In this document: positions 26,092 to 37,594 of the stretch, in pieces | Position numbering within the stretch: position 1 is the stretch's first letter | Layout of the letters: each line of letters begins with the position of its first letter | Origin: Trichosphaerium sp. ATCC 40318 | Taxonomy: Eukaryota > Protista > Tubulinea | DNA: 64,000 nucleotides | Assembly (NCBI GenBank): GCA_038496445.1 | Contig: JALMLS010000455.1 | Location: 310,001-374,000 of the forward strand | Reading direction: 5' to 3' | Made by a program: the position numbers and the translations under genes | Notes under the pieces: generated by a model | The model's input: only the letters and a program-made list of their open reading frames with translations | Told to the model about the DNA's origin: nothing | Database searches by the model: none

Positions 26092-28548
26092 CTACAGTGG
26101 CATATCCACAGCAGGATGAATAGATCCATAATGAAACTCTGCATAATGACAGAGTAAGAATACCTAGGAATAGTTAATCAATAAGTTTGCGAGAAAGAAA
26201 GAGAAAAAAAAAGAAGCCAAGACAACCCCAAAAAGTTGTTGCTTCTCATTGAACGTACTCTCTTATTCCTTAAATGCATAGGAGCAATATCGATAATATA
26301 GTTGTCTCCTTCTACTGAACTTATTATACAGATACGACAACCAAATACTTCAGCAGCTGCAATAAGTGTGAGGTGATCACCTAATCCAAAATCAGATTAT
26401 TAAGCAAAAAAAAAAATCAAAAAAGGCCAAAGTAGCTCATTAAAAAACAACTCAATACCCCAAACACCAGGCCTAGCCATCTCATCACAGTAATCACTCC
26501 AAGGCCTATCATATACGAAATCACCAAGTTTAGCTTTGTTAGGCTAGTGCAAGGTAAATAAAAGGCAAAACAAAAACAAAAAAATCAAAAAAAAATCAAA
26601 CTTACAAGTTCCAAATTTTCTCTTGTTCTCAACCACTCAACAACCTCTCTACGTATCTGTGTATGTAATGTCAACCCATTACACAGTTGATCAGAAAGAG
26701 AATAAAACTGACAATTGCCGTCACCCTAAGGATTGGAAAATAAGAAGAAAAGCCCCAACTTAATCAAGCCTGAACTTAGCAGTCTTTTTTTTTTGAACAG
26801 TTCGCGTACAGGAATTTCTGTTTCCTTCATCTGAAACATAGCCAAACGATTCTTAAGACGCTTTCTATGACTATTCGTACGTGTATCAACAGTACCAAAG
26901 AAGTTGTTCAAGTTCACAGAAATAACGTTTTTAAATTCAGCCAAAAAGTCTACTGTACTTTTTTGCATAGCTGATTGCATCACACTCGCAGTGAGGATTT
27001 CAGATTGTCTATTAAATATGTCAAAAATAACGAACAAAAGGGATAAAAGCAGGAAAAGAAAAGGAATGCGTAAAGTGAATCTGAGGTGCGTTTTTACTTG
27101 AAAAACAAGCTAAGCGCGTGCTGTTTGAAACGCGTAGCCATCTGTGTAGTAATATTTTTCTGGAACTCTACAAAACGAAAAGTACTTACGCGTTTACATC
27201 AACAGGTGCAAGTACACTACGATAGAGTTTGGCGCGATTCTCGTCTACTGAAAAGTGTTATTAAGTCACGTACTCTTGAATTAAAAATATCAAAAGAGCG
27301 TGTTTAGTACCTTCTTCCTCAGTATCATCTGGTGATGGATTTTGGTTCTCTTTATCTTCCTCCTCATCTACTTGTTTTGGTTCCTCTTTAATGACAATCA
27401 CAGGTAAGTTATCAAGTGACATTGTTTCCAGGGTTTTTTCAGCGTCCAAGGCTGTCCCACAAGTGGCCTATGGCATTTATTATTTTTTGTATTGAAAAAG
27501 ACAAACGAAGAGATTCTATAGTACCTGCCAAAAGTGTGTGCTATGTCGTACACGCTCAAGATCAAAGCATGTTTCATATTCTTCTTTTGGCGGTAGTTTC
27601 CCTTGTTTACGGGCGACATACAACCTACAATGATACGTGAGTTAACAGGCAGCAGAAAAGAACAAAAAAAAACTTGACCAAGTAGAATTTGTAGAGCAGT
27701 AACATACCAGTATACACATTCGCCCAAGTCGCCAAGCGAACCAGATAAGCACGAGAGATAGTATGGAGACACAGCTAACGAAAGAAAATCTCTATCGTTA
27801 CCTTGAAAGTCGCACGGCCAATTAGGTAGTTTACTCTTATTCTCCTGTGCTCTATTGTAGGCATCTGTACAAGAAAAAAAATAAATATCTACTCCGAACA
27901 AAGGAACTGTACAGTTCGTCCTATGAAAAAACACATACCCAAACAAGTGTTCTTGGCTTGGCGCGTAAGGAAATGTCGTGCTCTGGCAAGCCGCACGTTA
28001 TCTTTGTCAATACCTCCTGCTTGCAGTGCTAGAGCCAAACCAAATCCCCAGTGTGATAGTGGGCATTTTGATCGCTTTTTAGCGGATTTTAACTTTTCAC
28101 GGGCTCTATCAACTAATTTTTTGCGCATGACTGACTATGTATGTATATGAGCGCGTGAAAATACGATTAGGGTTCGTACCTGCGTTTTGAAGCATTCAGC
28201 AAATTTTAAAAGTGAAAATCCCCAGTAGAGCAGTACATTGGCGTCTACACATTTTTCACCCTTTTTAGCAGTATCAAGGAAGCTGTAGAACTGTTCGAGA
28301 GCTTTGAAGACTGTAATACACGCTGAGTCCGTTAATGTTCGGCTTTCGGTTTCGTTCAATAGCATAGTAATTATTTGGTACTGTTCTACCTGTTCGCCTC
28401 GAATTTCAGCAGCCGTTAATATATTGAAGCAAAGTAACGCCGCTTTGGTAAGCACAGCATCCGATACATTACTAGCACCAAAAGCATTTTCTAATACCCA
28501 TGTTGATTTGGGTATTATTGCGTCCTCTAGGTTGAACGACGTAGCCAT
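26092..28548 (-). CDS. OTU-domain deubiquitinase with a long helical (TPR-like) N-terminal region
   Basis: PGDGNCQF.SLSDQL (catalytic Cys), WGDHLTLIAAAE, EFHYGSI (catalytic His); multi-exon. Confidence 0.9.
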
Positions 28549-28767
28549 AAGCGCTACGATGTGATGCTTCGTTGGGCGTTTTGTTTTGAATAAAACTTAA
28601 CTCCCTAGAATTGAACAAAATTATTGCAAAGTTAACTAAGTTGACTTGTTTTGGGAAATGGTACTTCAATTGCAAACAAAAAGTGAGGTCAAATACTGTT
28701 TCAATTGGTGTATTCACACGTAATCCTCTTAGAGTATTTACTTACAGTAAACACAGTTTACTGGAGT

Positions 28768-28994
28768 GTTTCATTGAGCTGCGGTAGCCAATAGCAGTAT
28801 AGAATACAAGCCCGAAAGCAAAGAGTACACGAGGTCATTGGTATCGCCTACCGAAGCGGCGGAACAAACGGCCAAAAGCTTGCTGGAATTAACAACCCAG
28901 TTTGTTGTGAGTAACTGACGAACAGTTATCTCAAGCAGGATATCGGGGTGGAGTGGCACAGATCCTACAGAGCTGAGATGCTCAAACTTTTTTT
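28768..28994. ncRNA. Candidate ~220-nt structured ncRNA; strand unresolved
   Basis: Terminal TTGAGC/GCTCAA stem, internal hairpins, three UUCG-containing loops on the - strand, T-run after the stem on the + strand; GC-richer than the flanks. Confidence 0.45.
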
Positions 28995-29203
28995 CTCTTT
29001 AGCCTGCGACATTTCTCCCTCAAGCTGTATAATTCGCTGAGAAAACCTGAACACATTGACCAGTTGGAAATGTTTAGAGGTACCGCGCTTTACAGTAATT
29101 CAAAGAAACCTTGCAATCGCTCCAAAAAAAACTACTTTTTTTCAAGTTGATAGTTGTTTGCATATTTCTGTACATGCCTAAATACAAGCGAGCTAGTGCG
29201 CAT

Positions 29204-29209
29204 AAAAAA
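29204..29209 (-). terminator. Pol III T6 terminator after the tRNA pair
   Basis: TTTTTT directly after the discriminator base of the CGC tRNA. Confidence 0.75.
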
Positions 29210-29281
29210 TGAGCCTAGAGGGAATCGAACCCCCACCCTACTGTGTGCGAGACAGTCGTCATGCCATTAGACCATAAGCTC
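29210..29281 (-). tRNA. tRNA with CGC anticodon (nominally Ala) lacking G3:U70
   Basis: GAGCTTA-TG-GTCTAATGGCATGAC-G-ACTGT-CTCGCAC-ACAGT-AGGGT-GGGGG-TTCGATT-CCCTC-TAGGCTC-A: complete cloverleaf with A and B boxes. Confidence 0.85.
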
Positions 29282-29296
29282 AAAGGAATTAAAGAG

Positions 29297-29369
29297 CGAG
29301 GATACCCGGAATCGAACCGGGATTGCGTGGTAGACAGCCACGTGTAATGAACCATTATACTATATCTCC
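29297..29369 (-). tRNA. tRNA-Asp(GTC), atypical (U37; G2:U71 and A3xC70)
   Basis: GGAGATA-TA-GTATAATGGTTCATTAC-A-CGTGG-CTGTCTA-CCACG-CAAT-CCCGG-TTCGATT-CCGGG-TATCCTC-G; G73 discriminator. Confidence 0.85.
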
Positions 29370-29488
29370 TGCTTGTTGTATTATATTAAACAATCCAACA
29401 ACCGTCTTGACGGGGCTACAAGTCTAACTAATCTACATAAAACCAAAAACAATCTTATTTTTCTTAGTCCATTAACTATGTATACTAA

Positions 29489-29829
29489 ATGTATCCTTGA
29501 TTGTGTAGTATCGGAGCTTGATGGTGATCTCAATAAAGGATTACATACACTATGTTTTGACAAAAACAATGAGGCCATAGACCACTTGTTTTTTCCAGAA
29601 ATTGGCATGTGACAAACGAATGAACACATTCACGAGGCTTGGATTGTAGTTTTCAATTAGCAATGAGTGTTGATCCGTGAGGACGTCACATCATACACTT
29701 ACTACCCCGAGCGCAAAGACATGAGTTGTGACTTTCATTGGGTATTTAAAGAGACGAAACTTCCACAGAAAAAAAATTGTGGTAAAAAGCAGTTGGCAAT
29801 GCCAAAGTACAATTCAATGAACCCAAAAT
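29489..29829 (+). repeat. ~340-bp dispersed repeat; inverted copy at 54688-55028
   Basis: Read-through alignment to the reverse complement with few substitutions or indels. Confidence 0.9.
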
Positions 29830-29992
29830 TGCATAGCTTGTATCAATATGATAAAGCATGTAGACCTCACATGCTTGTTTCACTTTTTAGGAAACACGTT
29901 AATGTAAATACTCTTGTATAGTCACATTTTATGAAACTTGACTACAGTTACACTCGTACAATTATAATACAAACTTTATTATATTCCAACTG

Positions 29993-31745
29993 CTAGAAGT
30001 CTACAAAAAGTTTCATTGAAACTTTAACAGGAAGGAGTGCTAGAAAGCGGAACGCACAAGTAATACCAAACTTTGGTTGTCCTTCCACGCTTAGATATGG
30101 GTGCAACCCAATCGGCTTTCTTTCTGACGCATAGTGGTTTTCTGGTTCAAATGTGACATGATAGGGTACACGCATTATGTTATTTCCAACAGCAGGTGCT
30201 AAAATCAATTGTGTATACTCTTCTATAATACTAACATTAATAAACCTAAGGGTAAAATGTCAATCTGTAGCTCAGGTTACAACTAACTCTGTGAAACGCT
30301 TCTCAAGAAGGTAAACCATCCACTATTAGAACTACTTAGAGCGCTTGAATGTGCACTCAAAAATACACTTGTGCTTTTAGTGGAGTGGTGTTGAGTGTTG
30401 AGAAGTTTACTCAAAAAATTAAACAAAAACAAAAAGATGGTAAACCACGTGCCATAATAATCCAGTGCTGTAAAAGCGTATTTTTCCTGCGGGCTCTTTT
30501 ATACTAAAATTAAACTTTGTTGTGCTTGTTTTACCTTTTTTAAACGGTAAAGGAGGACATTTCACTCTTAACAAAGCTTCAGTTTTGAGACAAAAAATGA
30601 AAGCAAAAAGCATACGTTTCTACACAAAATACTCTCTTGAAGGTGCTCTGCTTTAAATCAGATGCTGATCTTAAAGCGAGCCCATGTAAGTCAGGGAAGT
30701 AGTCATCACAGATATTACCCCATGTTTCTACCCACCAACATCTATCAGCAGTCTCTCGTTTCCATAAATATCCTGCAAAAGAACAAGGTAAACTTAGTTC
30801 TATTTGTTTTGCCATTTTGTAATTCTTAGACATACCTACACAAAAGTAAGTAATAAAGAACTATATAAAGCTATTAATGACGTACATGACAGTATCCATA
30901 GATCAGCTGAAGAGTCAATGTAATCTTTGTAACAACTTCCATCCTTGTAATGACTCCACATGAGGTTCAGTACTTCTTTTTGAATTGTTATTTTTACTTT
31001 CTTTTCATGACAGTATCGAATCAGATTTGATGTGTTAGATTTATGTCTTATTAATCCCTTTATAACCGAAAGGCAGTTCTCTTTATCGTCAGGTATTTCA
31101 AGAAGAAGGAGGTCTTCAAAGGTACAAACAGAAGTAACATGAGGAACAATGATTGAAGCATACTCCGTATTCCCTATCTAAACGAGAATCAATGTAATTG
31201 TTTACCTTTGCTGTTGCAAAGAATAATGGTTAAGGTACTTGTATAAGAGTCTTAGCAGCCCTAGAATACAATGACGCATTTTGTTCTGTCACTGTTCCTT
31301 CTTCAATTGTGCATACTCTACGGGATAAAAAATTAAGTAACACAACTACTGACTCTTTTGTTTCGTGGTCTCTTAAAACGTAGTCATAAGTACTAGTCGT
31401 TTCTTTTAAAACGTCGTTGAAGTACCTTAAAAAAAACCGTTAAAAATAAGTCTAACCGATCATTAAGTTTAGTCCAGGTGAAGGTGTTGTTCTGGCCAAA
31501 AATCGGTTTTTAAATTTGCCATGGAGCTTCAGCTTTGTGACAAAAAAAACCATTGGAAATAAAAAAAGCACGTGAAAAAACATAATAATAACGTACTTTG
31601 AATTCATGGATAGCAGCAATCGTGCTGTATTAATTAATAGAAGAGCTTTTCCGTGCTTGTTCTTCACAATAACATCAAGGTCACACAAGTGTTTGTATTC
31701 ATCTAAACTTGATAGAAAAGCGTTTGGTATACGTCTTGATAGCTA
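29993..31745 (-). CDS. BTB/POZ-like domain protein, multi-exon; start not resolved (may extend to about 32070)
   Basis: LCDLDVIVK...TARLLLSMNSK/YFNDVL fits the BTB N-terminal pattern; downstream exons are open and bounded by GT-AG. Confidence 0.6.
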
Positions 31746-32445
31746 TTAGGTACTTCTAAATGACTATTTAAGAGTCTAACATCGTTTTTTGTTTTTTAGC
31801 ATGCTTGCTTGCTTGTCGTTTATCTAGCTTTCGCTTTGATCTAGTAGAAAGTAATTCGATTGGTTGTGAGAGTTGTAATGCCTTGTGCGCATGTTGTGTA
31901 ACAATGGCGTCGTAGTGACCAATAAGCCAAAAGTTTATCAATATCTTGTACAGACTTTTTGAGACTTTGCTAGCACGTGCAGCATTTGCTGTGCCTTGAT
32001 CACCAGGGACGTCAGTCACAAATAAACGCAAAACAACAGCTTTTGTACATATAATGGACATGTGTGCCAAAGAGAGCGTGCAGGCGTGCAGGTGTTGATA
32101 CCATTCGCCAAACTGGTTTTTTTGTAGCTAAAGGCGACTCAAATTAATAAATATTTGTACAAGCGAATTTTCAGCCATGGGCAACAGTGTGGGTTCGTTT
32201 TGGATGGGTTAGTTGAAAGAAGTACGTATTATTGTAGCCACATAATCGCCAACTTTGTAGCTAATTAGTGAATTTTGTTTATGATAAAACACTCACACTT
32301 TTATTTATTTAATAATTGTACAATAATAGTGACACTATACTTGTATGACAAATATCATGTGCTGACCTGACGCCACAACCATTTGTTTTTATGATAAAAA
32401 AGTAGTGGCTTCGTTTGTTCGTGAATACATAATAAACAATACAAC

Positions 32446-35208
32446 ATGAGCTTGACATCATCAGGCAAATATATAAAGTTTGGCAAACCGGAAGCCAAAC
32501 ACGAAGAAAGTGAAATCAAAGGAGCACTCAAAGAAGAGAAACTGAAGCAACCAAACAAGAATAAGAGAGCAAGATCAGAGCTGTTATCGATATCAACACA
32601 AGCGGATGAAATAAAGGATAGTTCAGATGTATGTATTACAATACACGAACTCAACGACAATGCTCTACATTACGAGAAAGTGAGTTTGACAGCCGATTTG
32701 CGTTGGGAAGGTGTTAAGTTTCGATCTTCGCCAACAAAGAAATACATGTGCTGTGGGCCAGTAAAACCATCAAGAACAATACTAAACGGTACGGATAGAA
32801 TGCAGATCTACTTACCTTATTGTTTAAGATTAGTGTATTCAGCAAAAATATTTACAGTAAATTGAGATTCGTTTTCAATACTGACTTCTAATTTTAGATT
32901 TGGAAGGATTTATCCCCGCTGGTACACTTCTGGCAGTTATGGGCCCTTCAGGGGCAGGTAAAGTACGTTTTTTAGCTAAAAAATCAGCGAAACTAATCAC
33001 GTGTTTAAGACTACCTTTATGGATATTTTGGCAAATAACTTGAAACCATCCGAAGGAAGAGTAGCAGTAAATAACAAGTACGTCGCTTAACAAAAAACTG
33101 TGTGGGATACTCTCGAACTTGACATGCAACGAAAACCATGCTAACTTTGTTTGGTAGGTTGATTTCCCCAAAAAGACCTTTTGTAAAACAGGTAGGTTTT
33201 TGTTTTATAACGTGCACGTGATTATTTTCTTCTTTGCTTAGCTTGCTTAGTCATATGTAAAACAAGAGGATGTTTTGATGGATACATTATCTGTCAGAGA
33301 GCTTTTGAAATTCTCAGCACAGCTACGACTTCCGAGAGATTTACCGCTTAAAGATAAGCTTGCCAGAGTAAGAAGTCATTTTTTTATCTTCTTATTCATT
33401 TCTTAATAGGTCGACAGCGTCATTAAAGAGTTGGGCCTTACAAAATGCCAAAGAACGCGCATTGGAAATAAAGCTGAAGGCTATGCAGGAATAAGCGGAG
33501 GTGAACGGTTAGTAGACAAACACTAACTTGCGTTCTCTAACAGTTATTTTTGTAGAAAAAGAGCTTCAGTTGCAATTGAGCTATTGACTGATCCAAGTAT
33601 TCTCTTTCTTGATGAACCAACTTCAGGATTAGACTCACAAACGTCATATCAACTTGTAAAAACACTAGAAAAGATTGCTAAATCTGGAAGAACTGTGATA
33701 AGCACAATCCATCAAGTACACTTATTCCTCTTGTTTTTACATGACGCTAACATCTGTTAGCCTTCTTCTGATACATTCAAAGTATTTGAGTCCCTTCTTC
33801 TTATTGTTGATGGCAATATAGTATATCTTGGACCCAGAAAAGATGCTGTGAAGTACTTTGCGCGATTGGGATATGTTTGTCCAACTTATACAAATCCAGC
33901 CGACTATTTCTGTACGTTTACTCTTTTTTTGTGCTCACTTGTTCGTTTAAAACTAAATCTTTCTTAGTGAAGATTCTTCAGGAATCAGACAAGAAACCTA
34001 AAATCATAGCAGCTTGGAAGAAGAAACAACAAAAGGACAATAAGAAAAAGAAGAAACAGGACGTTACAAAGGTAGGAAGTGATGGAAAGTGGCCTAAGAA
34101 ACGGAGTCAATACGAATCATCAATGTGGACTCAACTATATCTATTAACGAGAAGAGCATTTATTGGAAATTTGAGAAACCCACTAAAAACATTCGCAAGG
34201 CTTGGTCAAGCTATTGTACTTGGTATTCTAATCGGTTTGGCGTATTTCCAAATTGGTACATCTCAAGGAAGTATACAAGATAGGGTTGGTGTTATGTTTG
34301 TTAGCCTAATCACCATCGGTTTTTCAAATATGATGAACGCTATTTATTCATGTACGTCACACAAATGAACATGTCGATTCTTATTTTTTTCTGGAATTCT
34401 TGTGCAAAACCTTACTCGTTCTCTAGTCCCGGCTGAAAAGGAGATTCTCATACGGGAATATTCTTCTCGTACATATTCGCTATTTCCTTATCTATTATCA
34501 AAGACAGCAGCAGATTTACCATTCTCGGTGTTATTTAGCTTTTTGTACTGCTGTATTGGATACTGGGCTATTGGGTTTCAAAGTGACGGACTATCTTTTG
34601 CATACTTTTGTGTACGTCTGTTTCGTATGGTTTAATACTCATCCATCTATATAGGTTGTTATAATCCTTGCAGCCCTTATATCAGAGTCATTAGGATTGT
34701 GTGCAGCATCATTGTCTGACGATGTAAATTTTGCTTCGTCGATTGCACCTCTTTTGATGATTCCGTTTATTCTCTTTGGAGGATTATTCCTGAATAATGA
34801 TTCTGTTCCTGTTTATTTTGTTTGGATACAGGCGACATCTTTCATCAAGCACTCGTTCGAAATTTTGGCAGTTAGAGGTATTGTCCGATTAACTTTTTTT
34901 GGAATAAACAAGTTTTTCCTGTAGGATCATTTTCTCACTTCTTTTCGTAGAATTCACTGGTTTGACGTTTACCTGTGACAACCCTATAGTAAGCTTCGAT
35001 AATAAAACTTCATGTCCAACCTCTGTAGGGTAAGTATACCGTTCAATAAACACATACTTACTGCATTTGTAGTGAACAAGTCATTGATATGTATGGCTTT
35101 GACAGCAGTAACGTTCCAAGAAATTTTGCTCTTTTGGCTACTTTCTTGGTAGTGTGGCGTCTCACTTCGTTCTTATTGCTATGGAATAGAATGAGAAAGG
35201 TAAAATAA
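32446..35208 (+). CDS. ABCG (White-family) half transporter
   Basis: Walker A GPSGAGK, signature [24 protein letters not shown], and a C-terminal ABC2 membrane domain. Confidence 0.95.
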
Positions 35209-35515
35209 GAAGTCATTGGTTGTAACATGCAAAAAAAGAACATATGTAAAATAAACAATAACAAATATCTGAACAATACCTTCAAATTGCGGTTTCAACT
35301 TTGTGAACATCCAAGTACAGTCAATGTCAGAAGCCTGCGTTAATATTAGTGTAGTGCACATCGTTTTAACACTTCATAAAATACCAGGACCGAATTAAAG
35401 CACAATGCCAAGAAGTGGCCTACTGAACATGGCGAAAAATCTTGATGTGTAATTAAGCCAAGGAAAAACTTAAAACTTGCATTGTAAGCCAGCTATGTAT
35501 TAGTATTTGAATAAA

Positions 35516-36196
35516 ATGGAACATAGCGAAAAAACAGGTTTACTTGACATACCTGTTGAATTACACTTGATTTTAATTGATCTAAACATTTCGTTGTACG
35601 AGAAATGGCCATTACTTTGTAGATACACTGCCATCACATCACGCTATGATAACAATCTACGAAAACACGGTAAATGGATAAAATACGCAATAGATGGTTC
35701 AAATAGTATCATACGTCATGGGCACTTTGTAAATGGGTCAAGAGAAGGAGAATACAAGATCTGGAAGGCTGGTGTAATTTACAAACAACTTTTTTTCTTG
35801 AATGACAAACTCCATGGCACGTGGATCAAATGGCATAATAATGGACAAAAATGTATACAAAGGCATTACAAACATGGTGTCTGCGATGGTCCAGAGAGAC
35901 ATTGGTATCTGAATGGTGCATTGGAGCTTGAGAGATGCTATAAAAATGGTGAAAAAAATGGGAAAGAGCAAATGTTTCGTGTGAATGGTCAATTGATATT
36001 GTCGTGTTCTTACATTGATGGTAAATTGAATGGAGAGTTCAAACAATGGTACAGAGATGGTACTCTTCATTTGTACTATTTTTATAAGAACGGGAAAAAG
36101 GATGGAGAGTACAGGAGATACTTACCTGGGTGTGAGAGGTTGGCTGCTATTGGTTACTATAAAGATGGTGTGGTCAATACACGTAGATTTTATTAA
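35516..36196 (+). CDS. Intronless F-box-like + MORN_2 (YwqK-like) repeat protein (copy A)
   Basis: LLDIPVELHLILI..LCR N-terminus; repeats HGTWIKWHNNGQK, DGPERHWYLNG, NGEFKQWYRDG. Confidence 0.8.
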   Translation: MEHSEKTGLLDIPVELHLILIDLNISLYEKWPLLCRYTAITSRYDNNLRKHGKWIKYAIDGSNSIIRHGHFVNGSREGEYKIWKAGVIYKQLFFLNDKLHGTWIKWHNNGQKCIQRHYKHGVCDGPERHWYLNGALELERCYKNGEKNGKEQMFRVNGQLILSCSYIDGKLNGEFKQWYRDGTLHLYYFYKNGKKDGEYRRYLPGCERLAAIGYYKDGVVNTRRFY

Positions 36197-36459
36197 TTGT
36201 AACAAAAAGACTAAATCAATATGTCTACGAGCAGCATAGAGTTGTAGTCTACATTAAATTCGTTCTGTGATTTTGCAAACAAGTTCACGTGTATCCATAA
36301 ATTTCACGTTTTTTGCAAACACCCACTAAAACGCATGAATAATTGCATTGTTAATAGATTACGTTGGAAGTTTTGACGCTTAGTTAAAAGTTGTTAATAC
36401 TGTTCTTTGAAGCTTTCCAGTCTATTCGTTTTGACTTATTCAAAACCATCCTAAACATC

Positions 36460-36926
36460 ATGCAACGCATACGATTCCAATCACTTACGCGTATACAGGG
36501 TAAAGAAGGCAAAAGTAAGCTCCTAGACACTGATAGCGATTTTTTTAAATTACTATCGACTGTACAACATGCTATTAAGCAGAAATACAAACCCTCACCA
36601 GAGCGTATGGGGTTACACATAGAAATAACAAGAAATAGAGATGTAAGACCTAAAACGCATTAAAAACCGCTTTAATCGCTTACACACTGTAGGATCCCGA
36701 GTTTGAAAACAAAACAAAAGCTCTTGATGGTGTTAGCGTAAATATCTCTAACATTGACAATTGGAAGTGTATGGGTCGCGGAAGGAGTGCCTTTGTATTC
36801 TGTACACCTAATTTACCTGGATATGGTAACACACATGTTACTCTTGCCTATTTTAGAGGAGAAAAACCAACACAAGATGAACTTCAAGCATTAGTAAAGG
36901 AATGTCTAGCAAGAGGCTTCGAGTGA
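36460..36926 (+). CDS. Small protein, possible 2H-phosphoesterase-like fold; one intron
   Basis: GLHIEI ... NTHVTLAYF motifs; intron about 36644-36692 joins the two exons in frame. Confidence 0.5.
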
Positions 36927-37267
36927 AAGATATACGCCGGTTTGTGTAAGAAACCATCTCCTCGTATTGATGAGACGCGTGAGGGAGGCATCAGATATTG
37001 ATCGCCCTTTTTTGGCTGTAAGCATTAAGCTGTCCATGTCCACGTGTAGTAAACGATAATAAACTAACGATGTTGTACTTAAAGTTTTCAGTGCAACCCA
37101 TTGACATAACTGGAACTGCTGTAGTGCTGGTACACAAGGCGTACATTATTCATCTTAATAGAACTAACGTATCAGATGCATCAAAGTTTCCATTAAGACT
37201 ATTTAATTAGTTTTCCAAAAACATCACGTGGGATGTGTTTAGCGTAATAAAGTATTATGAAACATCA

Positions 37268-37594
37268 TCACATTGTTGCGATACCATCTTCAAGCACATG
37301 AAGTACCGAAGGATAATTATCCACAAATTGTTTTACTTTGGGACCAAAACTTGCTGCAAAACCCTAATATACGTATAAGAGCGAATAGTAGCAATAAAAG
37401 ACACTTACAGTAAAAATTGATACATATTCGCCACTACAGGTTCGTCAACGGTTCCCAATAAGCATAAACTACTTTATGACGCACGTTATTTCTCCACCTT
37501 GCTTTCGCACGTGATTCATCGCTTCATTTACGTCCTCTTCTGTTGTATCATCTTTGAATACTACTATCCACGCTTTTCCTTTCTTTTTAGACAT
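37268..37594 (-). CDS. Stand-alone peptidase inhibitor I9 (subtilisin propeptide-like)
   Basis: WIVVFKDD..EEDV..VRKQGGEITGEY..FTGFAASF..PSVLHVLEDG; two introns. Confidence 0.85.

Noticed and set aside
29210-29281. Genome-wide reassignment of GCG
   Set aside because: GCG occurs at Ala-compatible conserved sites in the cyanophycinase and ABCG genes.
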